Shown: piece by piece, positions 27,005-39,880 of the stretch
Layout of the letters: the number at the start of each line of letters is the position of its first letter
How positions within the stretch are numbered: the first letter of the stretch is position 1
Source of the DNA: Octopus vulgaris
Lineage: Eukaryota
Assembly: GCA_951406725.2 (NCBI GenBank)
Contig: OX597819.1
Location: forward strand, 53,444,001-53,508,000
Direction: 5' to 3'
Length of the DNA stretch: 64,000 nt
Made by a program: the position numbers and the translations under genes
Notes under the pieces: generated by a model
The model's database searches: none
Seen by the model: the letters and a program-made list of their open reading frames with translations, nothing else
Told to the model about the DNA's origin: nothing

Positions 27005-27776
27005 TTAATGAACTCTTCCTCATCACCATAGTCATTTTACATCCATTTTTCCATGCTTGCATGGGACAGATGAGTCTTCTCCAACAGAATGTCTCTCCAC
27101 TTATCATTCACTATCTTATGATGTTCAGCATCCATAGGTCAGTTTGTACCACTTCTACCAATGCTTCCACAAGTTCCTTCCACTCTAAAGTTCCTTCCTT
27201 TCTAAACACCTCTATATTTAAGTGTCACCCTCCATATATATCACATGTCTGTACCAGTGCAATCTTGCCCCCTTACACACTACATCTGCCTCCTCTTATA
27301 CCTAGCTTCTCTTTCAGTTCATTTGTGCTCTGTCATTCATGCACACAAATATGATACACCCAGGGAAGCTTCTAATCACCACTCATCCTATGTAGTCAAT
27401 GCCCATGTTTCACTACCATACAGCAACAACTTCAAGCACAAGTAACAGGTAATCTACTTTCATTAAAACAAAGAGAAAATCCTGTTGTTATTCTGGCTAC
27501 AATGCCTTTGGAAAAGACACTTCTATTCCAAATTTGGCCACCTAGATAAAAGAATACTTTATGTTGCTCGATGTTGATTGTTTCCAATCTTCTATGAAAA
27601 AAAAATTGGGGCCATGGGAAATATTACCTTGCTTGCAAACAGCTGAGCATTGGCAACAGGAAGGGCATCTGGCCATGGAAATTTGCCTCAACAAATTTCA
27701 TCTGACCCATGCAAGCACAGAAAAGTGGATGTTAAATGATGATGAATATGAAATACTGATGAAATAATATCTTTAC

Positions 27777-27831
27777 CTATCTAACTGGGTATCTCCTTCA
27801 GCATCTGTTTCACTCAGAGCGCTAGACAATT
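27777..27831 (-). CDS. SMG5: SMG5 exon (55 nt, phase 1/2)
   Basis: tttttcag|...|gtaaag; ELSSALSETDAEGDTQLD. It supplies the phase 1 to 2 change needed to join the next exon. Confidence 0.85.
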
Positions 27832-28477
27832 CTGAAAAAAAAAGCAATAATTACATGAGAAACAATCGCTCAAAGAAAAGAATGATAAAAAAGAAACAGA
27901 GTTTACAATTCTGAGAAATGTTAATAAAGTGATTAATCTGAGTCACAATGATGAGCATTGTACCAAAGATGTAAGCTCCCTGTGAGCTAAATCAATATCA
28001 ATGATTTGATTTTGATTCCTGCCTTATGTCCCATTCGCTTCATGGATTGCAAGAATCTTAATTTCTCAAGCACTTATTGAAATTCAATAATATCAATCAA
28101 CTATAGATGGATAATTTTGCTCTCAAAGATGTGTGAATTAGTTCGGAAGATGCACATGGCAAAGATATATTCAAATGAGGTTAGATCTAAAGACATTGGA
28201 TTACCAAAGTCAAATGGACAAAGGACTGAGAAAAATGGGAAGACGCCACACTGCAAAACTGTGCAGATTCTCTATTAACTGATAACTATTTTACCAGCTT
28301 ATAGGCCTTCTTTATATTTTCTTCATATCCTGTTCTCTGATCTGCACCCTATGAGGTAAGCAGTCTTTCAATACAAAAATTAAATGCAAAGAAATAAAAA
28401 GCAAAATAAGTGTTTTCAACAAGTATCATTGAGTTAATTGAAAAAATGGTTATAAATAATTAACTGGAATTTCTTAC

Positions 28478-28582
28478 CGGTATCTGTAGGTCCACGGCTT
28501 GTCTCAGTATCAGTTTCTATCACAAAATCATGAAGCTTCTGAGTTATTTCAGCAGAATGCCAATCTTCTACAGAGTTATAAC
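28478..28582 (-). CDS. SMG5: SMG5 exon (105 nt, phase 1/1)
   Basis: tttactag|...|gtaaga; GYNSVEDWHSAEITQKLHDFVIETDTETSRGPTDT. Confidence 0.82.
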
Positions 28583-30658
28583 CTAGTAAATTATGAATAC
28601 AGAAATTATCAAAATGCCAAGAGACATTTTTGGATATGTTTTGCAAAAAAAAAAAAAATTTCCAGTCAACTGAAAACACCAAATGCAAAATAACTCAGTA
28701 TTAGATTCAACTAAGTCATTGATAATATTTTCCTATTTACAACTAAATGTTATTATTAGCACTGTGTATTTCAATCCACCTGGGTCACATTCTTGATAAT
28801 AGTGTCTTGATTACTCTTCAGAGATTCATTTAAAATGCAGTTAAGTCTTAAAATAAGAAATTCTTTTTGATGCCAAAGACAGCATGAGGGCTATTAACTG
28901 TCTCAATTAACTATATAACTAAAAATATTTCTTCTAATTATATACAAAAAAATACATGTGGAACAATGGATACTTCTTTGTACTGTTTCATTTCAAAACT
29001 TTGCTAGAAGGAACGTAACTAAAACAGCATTGAATTACTTGAGACAAAACAAAAACATAAATAAGGGTAGTTGAGAGGATTACAAATTCCAAAACCAATT
29101 CTATGCTAGTAATAACCACACCTCTAATGAGTCTCATGGGCTATGGTAACGCTTTTAGAATTAAAGGACATAACTTCTTTACATTTCCCATAAGACACAT
29201 ACATAAGAGCACAAATATTTAGAAAACTTTGAGAGCAATCATGGAACAAAGTTTTACTTTCAAAAAGTGTTTTAATGATAAATAATTCTCTTTTGTTAAT
29301 CACATGAATTTAAGTTACATAATTCACACAATATTTTCTTGTCTAATGACATAAAAATTGCTGCTACATTTAAGTACCAGAAGTCACCAGATCATTATCA
29401 TCATCATTTAATGTCTATTTCCCATGCTGGTATGTGTTGGACAATTTGATAGGATCTGAAAAGCCAGAGGAGTACATCAAACTCTGATGTCAGCTTTAGC
29501 ATGGTTTCTATGACTGGATGCCTTTTCTAATGCCAATCATTTTAGAGTCTTTCTGGGAGCTTTTTACATAGTCCTAACACTAGTAAGGTCACCAAGTAAC
29601 TCACAAGATCTCTCAATTGCATGGAGAGTAGTATTGAGGAAGGTGGCTTTATACCAGGTGATGAGAGATTAAAGCATGATAAGAGAACAGGAACAGGGTG
29701 AGATACACAGTTACCCCAGTTGGAAAAGATAAAGGATGGTAGTGAAGATGTATCAGCACCCTCTATCTTTCCCAACTGGATAACCAAATATCTCTCGTAC
29801 ACATCTCATAAAACAACAGATTTGCAGATTGCTCAGACCTGCATCTCACCAATGTTGTTTTTATGGAAGACCAGTAGTTGCCCATGCCCACAAAGGTTTA
29901 TTCTCCGTGCTACTGATGTTGTCCAATGGAAAGATGATGATACAAGTGCCAAGATTTTGCACCAATATTATTACAAGTATTACTATCAGAATGCAAACGG
30001 CCTAAACAGATGTTACAAGGTGGTCTGTCTGACCATGCATTTGCACATATATGTGCAATCCTGGACAAGATTTTTTTTGAGTAACACATGCTGCTGTCTG
30101 TAAATGCAAGTCTTTCCACTCCATATCACTGACATTTACCCAAGAGAAAGGCTGCTGATTTGGTGTCACTGTTATCATAAGCATTGCTGTCAAAATGCAA
30201 AGGGTCAGAACAAGTACTGCATATCATCTTGCCCACCTCTCTAAACAATTCTGACAGTCCACCAACCTGGATTGGTACTTTATGATTAACCTCAAAATGA
30301 TGAAAGGCAAAGTTGACCATAGCAGAATTTGATCTCAGAACACAAAGCCAGAACTGAATACTGCAAGGCTGTCTCTTCAATGCTCTAATGGCTCTTCCAA
30401 ATGTAACACATCACTAACAAATATTGCAAAGGCCTTTCACTTGCAAGGCTTTGGTTTTGCAAGTTTCTTGCTAATTTTTAGCTTCTTTGTTGATATACAT
30501 CACACACTCACACACACACTGGTTTCTGCACAATGACTACACGATTACATATGACAGATCAACCTTAAAAAAAAAAGTTACTAAAAGAAGAAAGAAAAAC
30601 TGCTCCAAAAGCAAAGTCAGTCAAGAAAAACAAAAAACAGAAATAATTAAATACATAC

Positions 30659-31150
30659 CAGAAAGCATCATATTCTTCAGTTCATAGTTATTGTCTTTGT
30701 ACGAAGTGTAATCCACACTGTTATCTGATGTGCCCACTTTGGAGTTTTTGAGATTGAGCTCCAATTTCTGTCCAAGGAATGTTGCAGATGTAGACAAGAG
30801 TTCAGTAGAAAAATGGACAAGACTGACATTGGTGGCAGCATCAGTCCAAATATTAGAGTTGCAAGAATTTGAATGCCTAATGTTCCAGCTACCATTAACA
30901 CCAGAAGCTGCAGCAACAGCTTCAGCTGCAGCTGCAACTGCAGCAATGTTGGAACGAAAATCAATTAGTCCTGCGCCGTTTGTCAAAAGCTGGTTATTTT
31001 TGCCAGTTAATGAGAAGTTTGAGGGCAAATCCTGCCCATCGATCAGTGTGTCAGAGAGATCAGAATCTGAATCATGTTCCAAGTAACTGCCAAGGTCATC
31101 GTCAGATTCCTCGGTCAACATATCATCCTCTTCAATAATGTCTTCACCAC
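30659..31150 (-). CDS. SMG5: SMG5 exon, acidic/Ala-rich insert (492 nt, phase 1/1)
   Basis: atttcag|...|gtatgt; open frame GGEDIIEEDDML...NNYELKNMMLS, within the ORF track entry 30621-31160. Confidence 0.88.
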
Positions 31151-31544
31151 CTGAAATCAAATAAAATACAGATTTTGATTAATTTCAAATGGGAGGCAGG
31201 GAACTGATTACAAAAATGGATAACTATGAGACTATATATAAGTGCTAATTTAACATTTTTATGATGGACTTTCCCATGGATTTCATATGAGCATCCTAAT
31301 GTTCAATAAAAAAACTCATTGGTAGGAAAGAAGGCAGAACCCTGGTACCCACACAGAAATGGCTTTGCTGGATATACAGAAAAGGAGTAAGTATAAGGTC
31401 CATACACTGCATCGAATATAAAGTATTGGATGTAGAGCAATCACAGACAGACTATCAGAGAACATAAGCTTCATATGTGATAGATGCACTGAAACAGTAT
31501 GTCCCATGAACACACCAGAAATAGAACTCCTTGAATGCCTAGAT

Positions 31545-32040
31545 GGCTCACTAGAGCTACATAGAAGATGTCATCAGTAAGGGAGATAGTTGTTGTGAAT
31601 GTATAGTAACCAGGTTAAGGACAAGTTCAAAAACATTTAGGGAGCCACTACCACTGCTGGCAACAAAGGTCTTTTCCCACAGAGTGAAAGGCAGATTGTA
31701 TGATGCTTGTGTCTGACTTGCAATGCTGCATGGTAATGAGATATGAGCCTTGAATGCAAAGGACCTGAGCAGATTGGAAAGAAATGAAACAAGCATGCAT
31801 TATTGGATATGTAAATATGCCTTAACATGGCATAAATGTGCTGAGAGACAGATGGGCATAAGAGGAATCAGATGCAATGTGCAAGAAGACTGCACTGGTG
31901 CAGACACATAATGAGTGTGGATGAAGACAGCTGTACAAAGTACTGATCACTAAATGTGGCTGGGGCCTGTAAAGAAAGAAGACTCAAGAAGACATGGGAT
32001 GAAGTGGTGAAGGCTGACCTCAAGGTCCTGAGCCACACCC
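31545..32040 (+). mobile_element. Degraded RTE ORF2 C-terminal fragment
   Basis: agagtgaaaggcagattgtatgatgcttgt (RVKGRLYDAC) and aagaagacatgggatgaagtggtgaag, homologous to 15400-15900. Confidence 0.75.
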
Positions 32041-32743
32041 ACAGTAAGGAGAACAGCGGCCTTCCTATCCCCTCTCCTTGGACCACCAAATAATCACTCC
32101 TCATGCACTATATCTCTATCTTTCTACTCTGCTCCTGTCAACGATATCTTCACTATAACTTTGCTGCTAGCATCCCTCTAGCCTCCACAACTCAAGCACC
32201 ACATCCTTTCATCCCTTCCCAATATTTACAGAACGCTAACCACCTACCTTCCTCTCACCCACTTCCCCTATCTCTACCCCCATACACTCTTGTAAACCCC
32301 TACCCACTACTACTCTTCCTACCTGAGATCCCACTTGGGCACCTCATCACCACTGTCTATTTCTTTGAAGATACTACCAATTCATTCTTACTTTCTCTCC
32401 TAAATGTGAGTAGACATGTAACTTCTCTACAAGAACTTGTTCTACCCCAACCTCACATACTTTAATTCCCATCTAACACAAGGATGCTTCACCAAACACC
32501 TTGGATTTGTAGACTTGCGAGGTACATGGTGACCTCAATACTGCTGGTGACATGAAAAAAGCACCAAGTACACACTGTAAAGTGGTTGGCATTAGGAAGG
32601 GCATCCAGCCATAGAAACCTTGCCAAAGCAGACACTGGAGTACAATGCAGATTCTTGCTAAACCATCCAACCTAAGCCAACATGGAGCATGGATGATAAA
32701 TAACGATACACACACACACACACACAAACACAGGTGCATGTAT

Positions 32744-32780
<37 letters not shown>

Positions 32781-34674
32781 TATGTAGACTCATACATACA
32801 GGTGTGTAGTATATGTATATAAGTGTGTGTATGTATATTTATATATACACACATGCACACACACACACAGGTGCATGTATGCACACACACAGGTGTATGT
32901 ACACTCATACAGAGGTACATGTATACACACACACACACACACATATATATATACATACACACACATACATACATACACACACACAATTCTTTTATATATT
33001 TCTATCAATTCATCTTTCTCTATTAAAACATTTTTGGCTCATAATGAGAGCAACAGCTTCCTGGTTCTATCAGAAACACTAGCATCACCTTAAACATTAA
33101 ATTCATTAAAGTTCACATCATGGAAGATTGTGACATGCAAGATACTAGAAGCAATAAGCACTTCCGCTAAGGAAATCATTTTCATAACAAAAGAAGAAAA
33201 AAAAAGAAGAAAAAATACACAGTGTATAAAGGCATGACATCAATAGTATAATTCACTTCCTAATCAGTGAATCAAGAATGTAGGCTAATATTTACAATAT
33301 TTGTTTTAAATTCTTCAGGGGGAAAAAAAATGTTTGTGTTCTTTAACAAATAATAATAGTTTGACAAAAATGAAATAAGAAGCTGTGGAAAAATAAATAA
33401 AATGGAAATCAGTTTAGTGGCTGAAGGCAATAAAAATAATAAGAAAAAGTGAACGAAAGGATTGTACTGAATTTTTGAAAGTTTAGAAAATTAGGAACAA
33501 AATAAATAGATAAGTCGTTTTTATGGAAGTAAAATGAATTAGTTTAATGCTTTGCATACTCCCCATCAACTTCCTCTTTTAACTGTGTCAGATTAATAGT
33601 CATGAAATGTAAATTCGTGAAATATAAATAATTAAAGGTGATATAAAATCTTTTAAAAAAAAAAAATTCAAAAATTTTCAAAAATTAAAAAATTATTAAC
33701 GGAAATCATAAAACAAGAAGGAAATTAAAAGAGATAGGCACAGGCATGACTGAGCGTTTGTCAAGTTAGCTTTCCAACGATGTGGCCTCAGGTTCAGTCC
33801 TACTGCATGGTACCTTGAGCAAGTGTCTTCTATTAGTCACCAGTCAACTAAAGCCTCGTGAGTGGATTCGGTAGATGTGGCCTGAAAGAGGCTCATTATG
33901 TGTGTGTGTATGTGTGTGTGTGTGTGAGAGAGAGAGATAGAGAGAGTGTGTGTGTGTGTATGTGTCAATTTGCATGAGCATGTATATGAGTTTGTCTACA
34001 TTTGCACCTCTTTGAAAATTGCGAGCTACAAGGAGTGACGTTGTTATTTCTCCTGTCAACAAATCATCTGCTGGTTTTGTGCCTTTGAAGTTGTGTGAAA
34101 TAAGAGATTACTTGTAAAAAGAAAAAATTTTAAAAACGGGTAAGAGTTAGCACGGGAAAGGACATTCAGCTGTAAAACAATGTCTCAATGAAATATTTGT
34201 CTAACCCATGCTTGCTAGGGAAAAATGGACATAAAAATTATTAAACAACAAATGACTACATAAGGAATTGCAGAGAGTGGAGAATGAGGGATGAGAGAGG
34301 AGGAATGTGGGAGCATAGAGGGACAACAAGACATGGAAGAGGAAAAGGATGGGGACAGAGGGAGGAGGAGAGGTGTATCATCATCATCATCGTTTAGCGT
34401 CCGTTTTCCATGCTAGCATGGGTTGGACGGTTCTACTGGGGTCTGTGAAGCCAGAAGGCTTCATCAGGCCCAGTCAAATCTGGCAGTGTTTCTACGGCTG
34501 GATGCCCTTCCTAAGAGAGAAAAGAGTGAGTAGGGGAAGGAGGGAGAGTGATCACTGGAGAGAGGTATAGGAGAGAGGAGGTGATGGGAAGAAAGGGAGG
34601 GGAAGGGGAGGGAGAAAGCAAGGGGAGAGGAGGGAGGAAATAAAAAAAAAAGGAAACCAGATAATGAAAATTAC

Positions 34675-34777
34675 CTTCACTGAGGTCAGACTCTTCATCT
34701 GAAACAACAGATCCATTACTGCTACCACTGTGATGGCGACGTCGACGTCTTTTTAAGTTTCGCAAATTTAACTTCTT
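34675..34777 (-). CDS. SMG5: SMG5 exon (103 nt, phase 0/1)
   Basis: ctcacctag|...|gtaatt; KKLNLRNLKRRRRRHHSGSSNGSVVSDEESDLSE, a basic cluster plus the recalled SMG5 ESDLSEG motif. Confidence 0.9.
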
Positions 34778-34929
34778 CTAGGTGAGAAAAATATAAAATG
34801 ACAATATAAAAACAGTCCCTGCTATGGGTCTTCAGTTATAATGACAGGGAAGAACAATCAGTAAGCTGACAAAATCTAATATGTAGTGGTGGGAGGGATG
34901 ACATTGCATGGAAACAAAAAAAAAAAGAC

Positions 34930-35315
34930 CATTCTACAGCAAACGGGCAGGAGGCAAGTGCACGGGCGGTGGACAGGAAAAGCACTTCAAGGATACACTC
35001 AAAGCCTCACTGAATTGCATTGAGATCAACCGCAACACCTGAGAAATGCTAGCACTGGTCCATCCTGCCTGGCAAAACTGCACCAACAGAGGTACCACCT
35101 CCTACAAACAGAACAGGATTGCAGGAGCACAAAGAAAATGTGAACTGCACAAGTTCAGAGCCAACTCCTTGCATTCATTCCCAGCAGACCACCAGTACCC
35201 AACCTGCAGCAGAACCTTTCAAGCATGCATCAGACTGATCAGCCACAGCCAGACACACTCCGACCGATCTTCTCCCATGTGATGTCCTTGGTCATTGCTG
35301 ACAACGGATGAACAT
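34930..35315 (+). mobile_element. BovB-like RTE 3' end, degraded
   Basis: GGQEKHFKDTLKASL...PTCSRTFQACIRLISHSQTH. Confidence 0.7.
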
Positions 35316-36642
35316 TATTTAACCCCTAAAAGACAACTGGGCTGATCTATCAATCAGCTGCCTTTGTGCTTCATCACCATTATTTTTATCACTTTTCAGA
35401 GCCATCCTCTCACTTCCACCCTTTCTTCTAAAAAGTGAATAGTTATGCAAGCCCTCTGAGAAACCAGTTCTGCTCTAGCCCCTTCTTTCATACTTATACC
35501 CATCATCACCTAATATAAAGCCCCTCCCCCCTCCGTATTCATGTTCTTGCAAGTTGTATGGCAACTTACCAGTGTTGGGAGCATGAAAAAATAGCACCCA
35601 GCACATGCTGTAAAATTGTTGGCATAGGAAGAATGCATCCAACCACAGAAACCATGCCCAAGCAAACACTGGGGTATGATGTGGTCCTTGGACCCCATTG
35701 TATCCTGTTAAACCATTCAACCCATGCCAACATGGAACATGGACATTACATGAGGGTTCTTCTATTCATTTCAGTCATTTGACTGCAGCCATGCTGGAGC
35801 ACTGCCTTTAGTCGAACAAATTGACCCCAGGATTATTCTTTGTAAGCCTTGTACTTATTCTATTGGTCTCTTTTGCTGTACCACTAAATTACGGGGATGT
35901 AAACACACCAACACCAATTGTCAAGCAACACAAGCACACAAATACATACATACATATATACAAGACAGGCTTCTTTCAGTTTTCGTCTACCAAATCCATT
36001 CACAAGGCTTTGGTGGGCCCAAGGCTATAGTAGAAGACACTTGCCCAAGGTGCCACGCAGAGGGACTGAACTCAGAACCATGTGGTTGGTAAGCAAGCTT
36101 CTTACCACACAGCCACTCCAGCGCCTATGATTATATTTTATGATGATTATACTTTTTTTAAGTCCTCTCTATTTTTTTTTTTAAAAAAAACCTTTCTATT
36201 TCAATTGTCCTTTCAAATTTAACTGCAATTGTTTCCCCTTTTGTTGTTCTTCAGATTTTATACAATTTTCCAACTACCCACGTTTTTCTTCTGATCTTGT
36301 ACAAATTTTTTTCCTCACCATCTATAATGTTTTCTTCATTGTTTCTCCTACTTTCTATTTCTCCCCTTGCCTTTCTTTCACCTATATCAAATTCACACTT
36401 ATTCACCTTCCTCCCCACACTCCTAATCTCACCACTTGTGCACCTCCACACACCTGGACCCTACATCACACGTAACCCTCCCCCATGCCCATCTCCCCAC
36501 AAGGCTACTTCCCTATACATGCACACACCATCCCATTTCTTCCTCCCTTCACAACTCTTCCCCTTAGAGCCACATTCCCACTTGGCCTCTAAATCATTTT
36601 TTCTTTTCTTTTCTTTTAACCACTGTTCCATCTTTCTTTTCT

Positions 36643-36682
36643 CGTCTCTGATGAAGGACTAGTGTCTGAAATGTTAAAGACC
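36643..36682 (+). ncRNA. Degenerate minimal hammerhead-like motif
   Basis: gtct-CTGATGA-a-GGAC-tagt-GTCT-GAAATGTT-aaagac; stem I register is imperfect. Confidence 0.4.
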
Positions 36683-36977
36683 TTTTCCCTTTCTTTTCAA
36701 GTTTTACATCAATAACATCTTTGTTAAAACTTGTCCCTATTGTTTTATTTTTTCTTGTTTTTGCTCATTCATACCACACACACACACACACACATATATA
36801 TACATACATATACATATTTAAAAACAATAACAAACATAGTAATAACTTCAAAACTTACTATTAACAACACTGCATTATGCACAAGATATGACAATAACTC
36901 CAGCTTACACCAATGATCTGATAACTAAAAATCATTTCCAATACATACTTACAGAAAACTGGAAAAGACAAGCTTAC

Positions 36978-37180
36978 CTTTTTATCTAGTGAAGTGACAG
37001 TTGTAGAATCTCCATTATTTTGCCCAGCCTGCTGAAGATTCCAGACAACATTGGAAATTGGTTTATCATTCCCTGCCTTATGTACATTTCCAATTGTTAG
37101 ATGACTATTATCGAATGATAGGCCATTGTTTCCACCAGGAGATGAATGGCTGTTGTCATATTTATCATCGGCTTCATCAC
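36978..37180 (-). CDS. SMG5: SMG5 exon, disordered insert (203 nt, phase 1/0)
   Basis: gttttcag|...|gtaagc; open frame GDEADDKYDNSHSSPGGNNG...VTSLDKK, phase-compatible with both neighbours. Confidence 0.85.
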
Positions 37181-39338
37181 CTGAAAACAGTGAAAACATC
37201 ATGTAAATAGAATAGCTCTCTAACAAAGAGAAGTATTTTAGAAGCTCACAGGCATGGCTTTGTGGTAAGAAGCATGCTTCCCAACCACATGGTTCTGAGT
37301 TCAGTCCCACTGTGTGGCACCTTGGTGGCATGGAGAGGGGGGGGGCCAGTATGCATGGACGACTGCTGGTCTTCAATAAACAACCTTGCCCGGACTTGTG
37401 CTTGGGAGGGTAACTTTCTAGGTGCAATCCTATGGTCAGTCATGACCAAAGGGGGTCTCAGTATCTATTTATCTTTTAATATTTATTCATTTACCTAAGT
37501 ACTTAGTTCCTTATTTTGCTAGAAACAACAGTAATGAACTACATTTTCTTTATGATATCTCAGAGGCAATTTAGAGGCTTATGGTAATCACGTTAAGTGG
37601 AAATTTCATGGGATGTCAAACAAAGCATATACACAGCTCTATAGTCAAGAAGTTTGCTTTGCAGTTATGCTGTTTCAATTTCAGTCCCACATTACAGCAC
37701 CTTGGGTGCCGTCTACAATAACTCTGGCCAACCTACAGCTTGTGAGTGAATTTCGTAGACTGTGTGAAAGCTTGTCATACTCAATGTGCATCTGAGTGTG
37801 CACATGCACATATGCATCATTGTGATGCCTCTCACTGTCCCCACGGTGCAGCACCTTGGATAAATGTCATCTACTATAACTCTGGGCTGATCTATAACTT
37901 GTGAGAAAATTTCATGAAAGTTTGTCATATTCTTTTCTACTCTAGATACAAGGCCTAAAATTTTGGAGAAGGGGGCCAGTCAATTAGATATGCAATTAGT
38001 ATACAACTAGTGCTTAATTTATCGACCCTGAAAGGATGAAAGGAAAAGTCAACCTCGGCAGAATTTGAACTCAGAACATAAGGACAGACGAAATACCACT
38101 AAGCATTTCACCGGACGTGCCAACGTTTCTGCCAGTTCATGTGGACATGAGACTGTGTGTTCACATGCACATATTCATCATTGTGATGTCTCTCACTGCT
38201 TGACAACCAGTGTTAGTTCGTTTACATCCCATAGCTTAGTGGTTTGGCAGAGACTGATAAAATAAATGCTAAACTTAAAAATGAAATTTTAAGACAAGAG
38301 CCACTTTGATTAATTGAACCCTTGCGGACTTTATCCAGCATGACCTCAAACCAATAACTGAAACAAGTAAAAGAGTAAAAAGGATGAATTGCTATGAGAA
38401 GTAGAAAGTCAACAAGAACTCAAAACGTCAGACTTCCTGCTTAACCCTTTCCAGTACTTAAACTTCTGCAAGATACCACAAAATTTTCTTGTAATGTATC
38501 ATTACTGACACAGAAGCTAACCAGTTTCCTTGGATTCTAGAATTTATCTGTAATCACATTGTAACTAACAAGACTCTAAGGTACCATGTCATCAGATGGT
38601 GTAAACTTATTTACTTCAGGACTTACAATTGATATTTAATGCTATTCTGTTTTTCTTTTTATTTCGCAGAACTGTTATCCATCAGGCAAAGCAGCAACTT
38701 TAAAATCTTGCATACTAAAGTCTTTTCAGTATTTACTCAATAAGACAGCCGCAGGATCTACACACACACACACACATGCACATATTTAAATACAAGTTTA
38801 CGATTAGTCATCTAATGTTCTACAGGATAAATCCTATCATTACAAGAGAAAATTGAATGCCATAAAATATTCCCAGAGCATATGTTACTGACAGGCTTTT
38901 AATAACATCACCAACTGAGTATCAATCTTAAAGTTATTGGTTTTTGTTTGTTAGTTGCTTGGTTTAAAGAGAAAAAATAGTTTATTTGTTTTCATGTCTT
39001 ATGTTTTGTTTGTTTTTTTTTTTTCATTAATCACAACCTAACAAAATCCATAAACTTGTTTCTGTCATTAGAAATCAATAAAAAGGATTGAGAGTATCTA
39101 ACATATTTTAAAGTTGACTAAAAACAAAAAAAAAAAAAAAAACTTCCAGATTTCTGTAATAAACAGATGTATAAGACAATCTTTGGGGTCACTACAGATA
39201 GAAGAGATAAAGATGTAAGTCTATTTTGCAAAGACATGAAAATTGGTTATGAGTATATGAAGTAGAAAGTAAAAACAACCCACATTGCTATAATGTAACC
39301 AGCATATAGCCACAAAAGTGCTGCTGCTCCTAATAATG

Positions 39339-39384
<46 letters not shown>

Positions 39385-39745
39385 TGATGATGATGATAGT
39401 AAACATTGCTACTACTTTGTTGCTACTTCTGTTAATCCTTCATTGCATCAATCACTTGCTAGCTTCTTTATTATTTATTATTATTATTATTATTATTGCT
39501 CATAATCTCTTGACAAGTCAATGTTTCAATTCCTTGTTGAGCCATGTCATTTCATTTATTTTGTTGATGCCATTAGGAAAAGGCAAAAATGCAATCATAA
39601 CTCCTAATTTCCTTGTTCCCACCAAAAAAGAAATTCTAAATTACTATGTTCACAAGTTAGCAAATAACCTGTCCCGCCACCCACCCACCAAGAACAGTTT
39701 ATCTGCTTCTAAAACTGTATTGAATGAGAATGCAAAATATTTTAC

Positions 39746-39880
39746 CTGCTCCTGCAACAGCGAGTTTAGTGAGGTTTTCTCGATCATAAAGAGCTCCTTG
39801 CAAGCGTATGACAACATGGTTGAGGATGTGCGAGAACAGAGCCAATAAGAATGCCATGGCAGCAGTCACTTGACGGGAAC
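39746..39880 (-). CDS. SMG5: SMG5 exon (135 nt, phase 1/1)
   Basis: ttgtgtag|...|gtaaaa; GSRQVTAAMAFLLALFSHILNHVVIRLQGALYDRENLTKLAVAGA (SMG5 AA.AF.LALFSH..NHV.IRLQ motif). Confidence 0.93.

Noticed and set aside
39670-39708. Possible small exon just downstream of exon 39746-39880
   Set aside because: The intervening intron would be only about 37 nt, the donor is weak, and read-through hits a stop.
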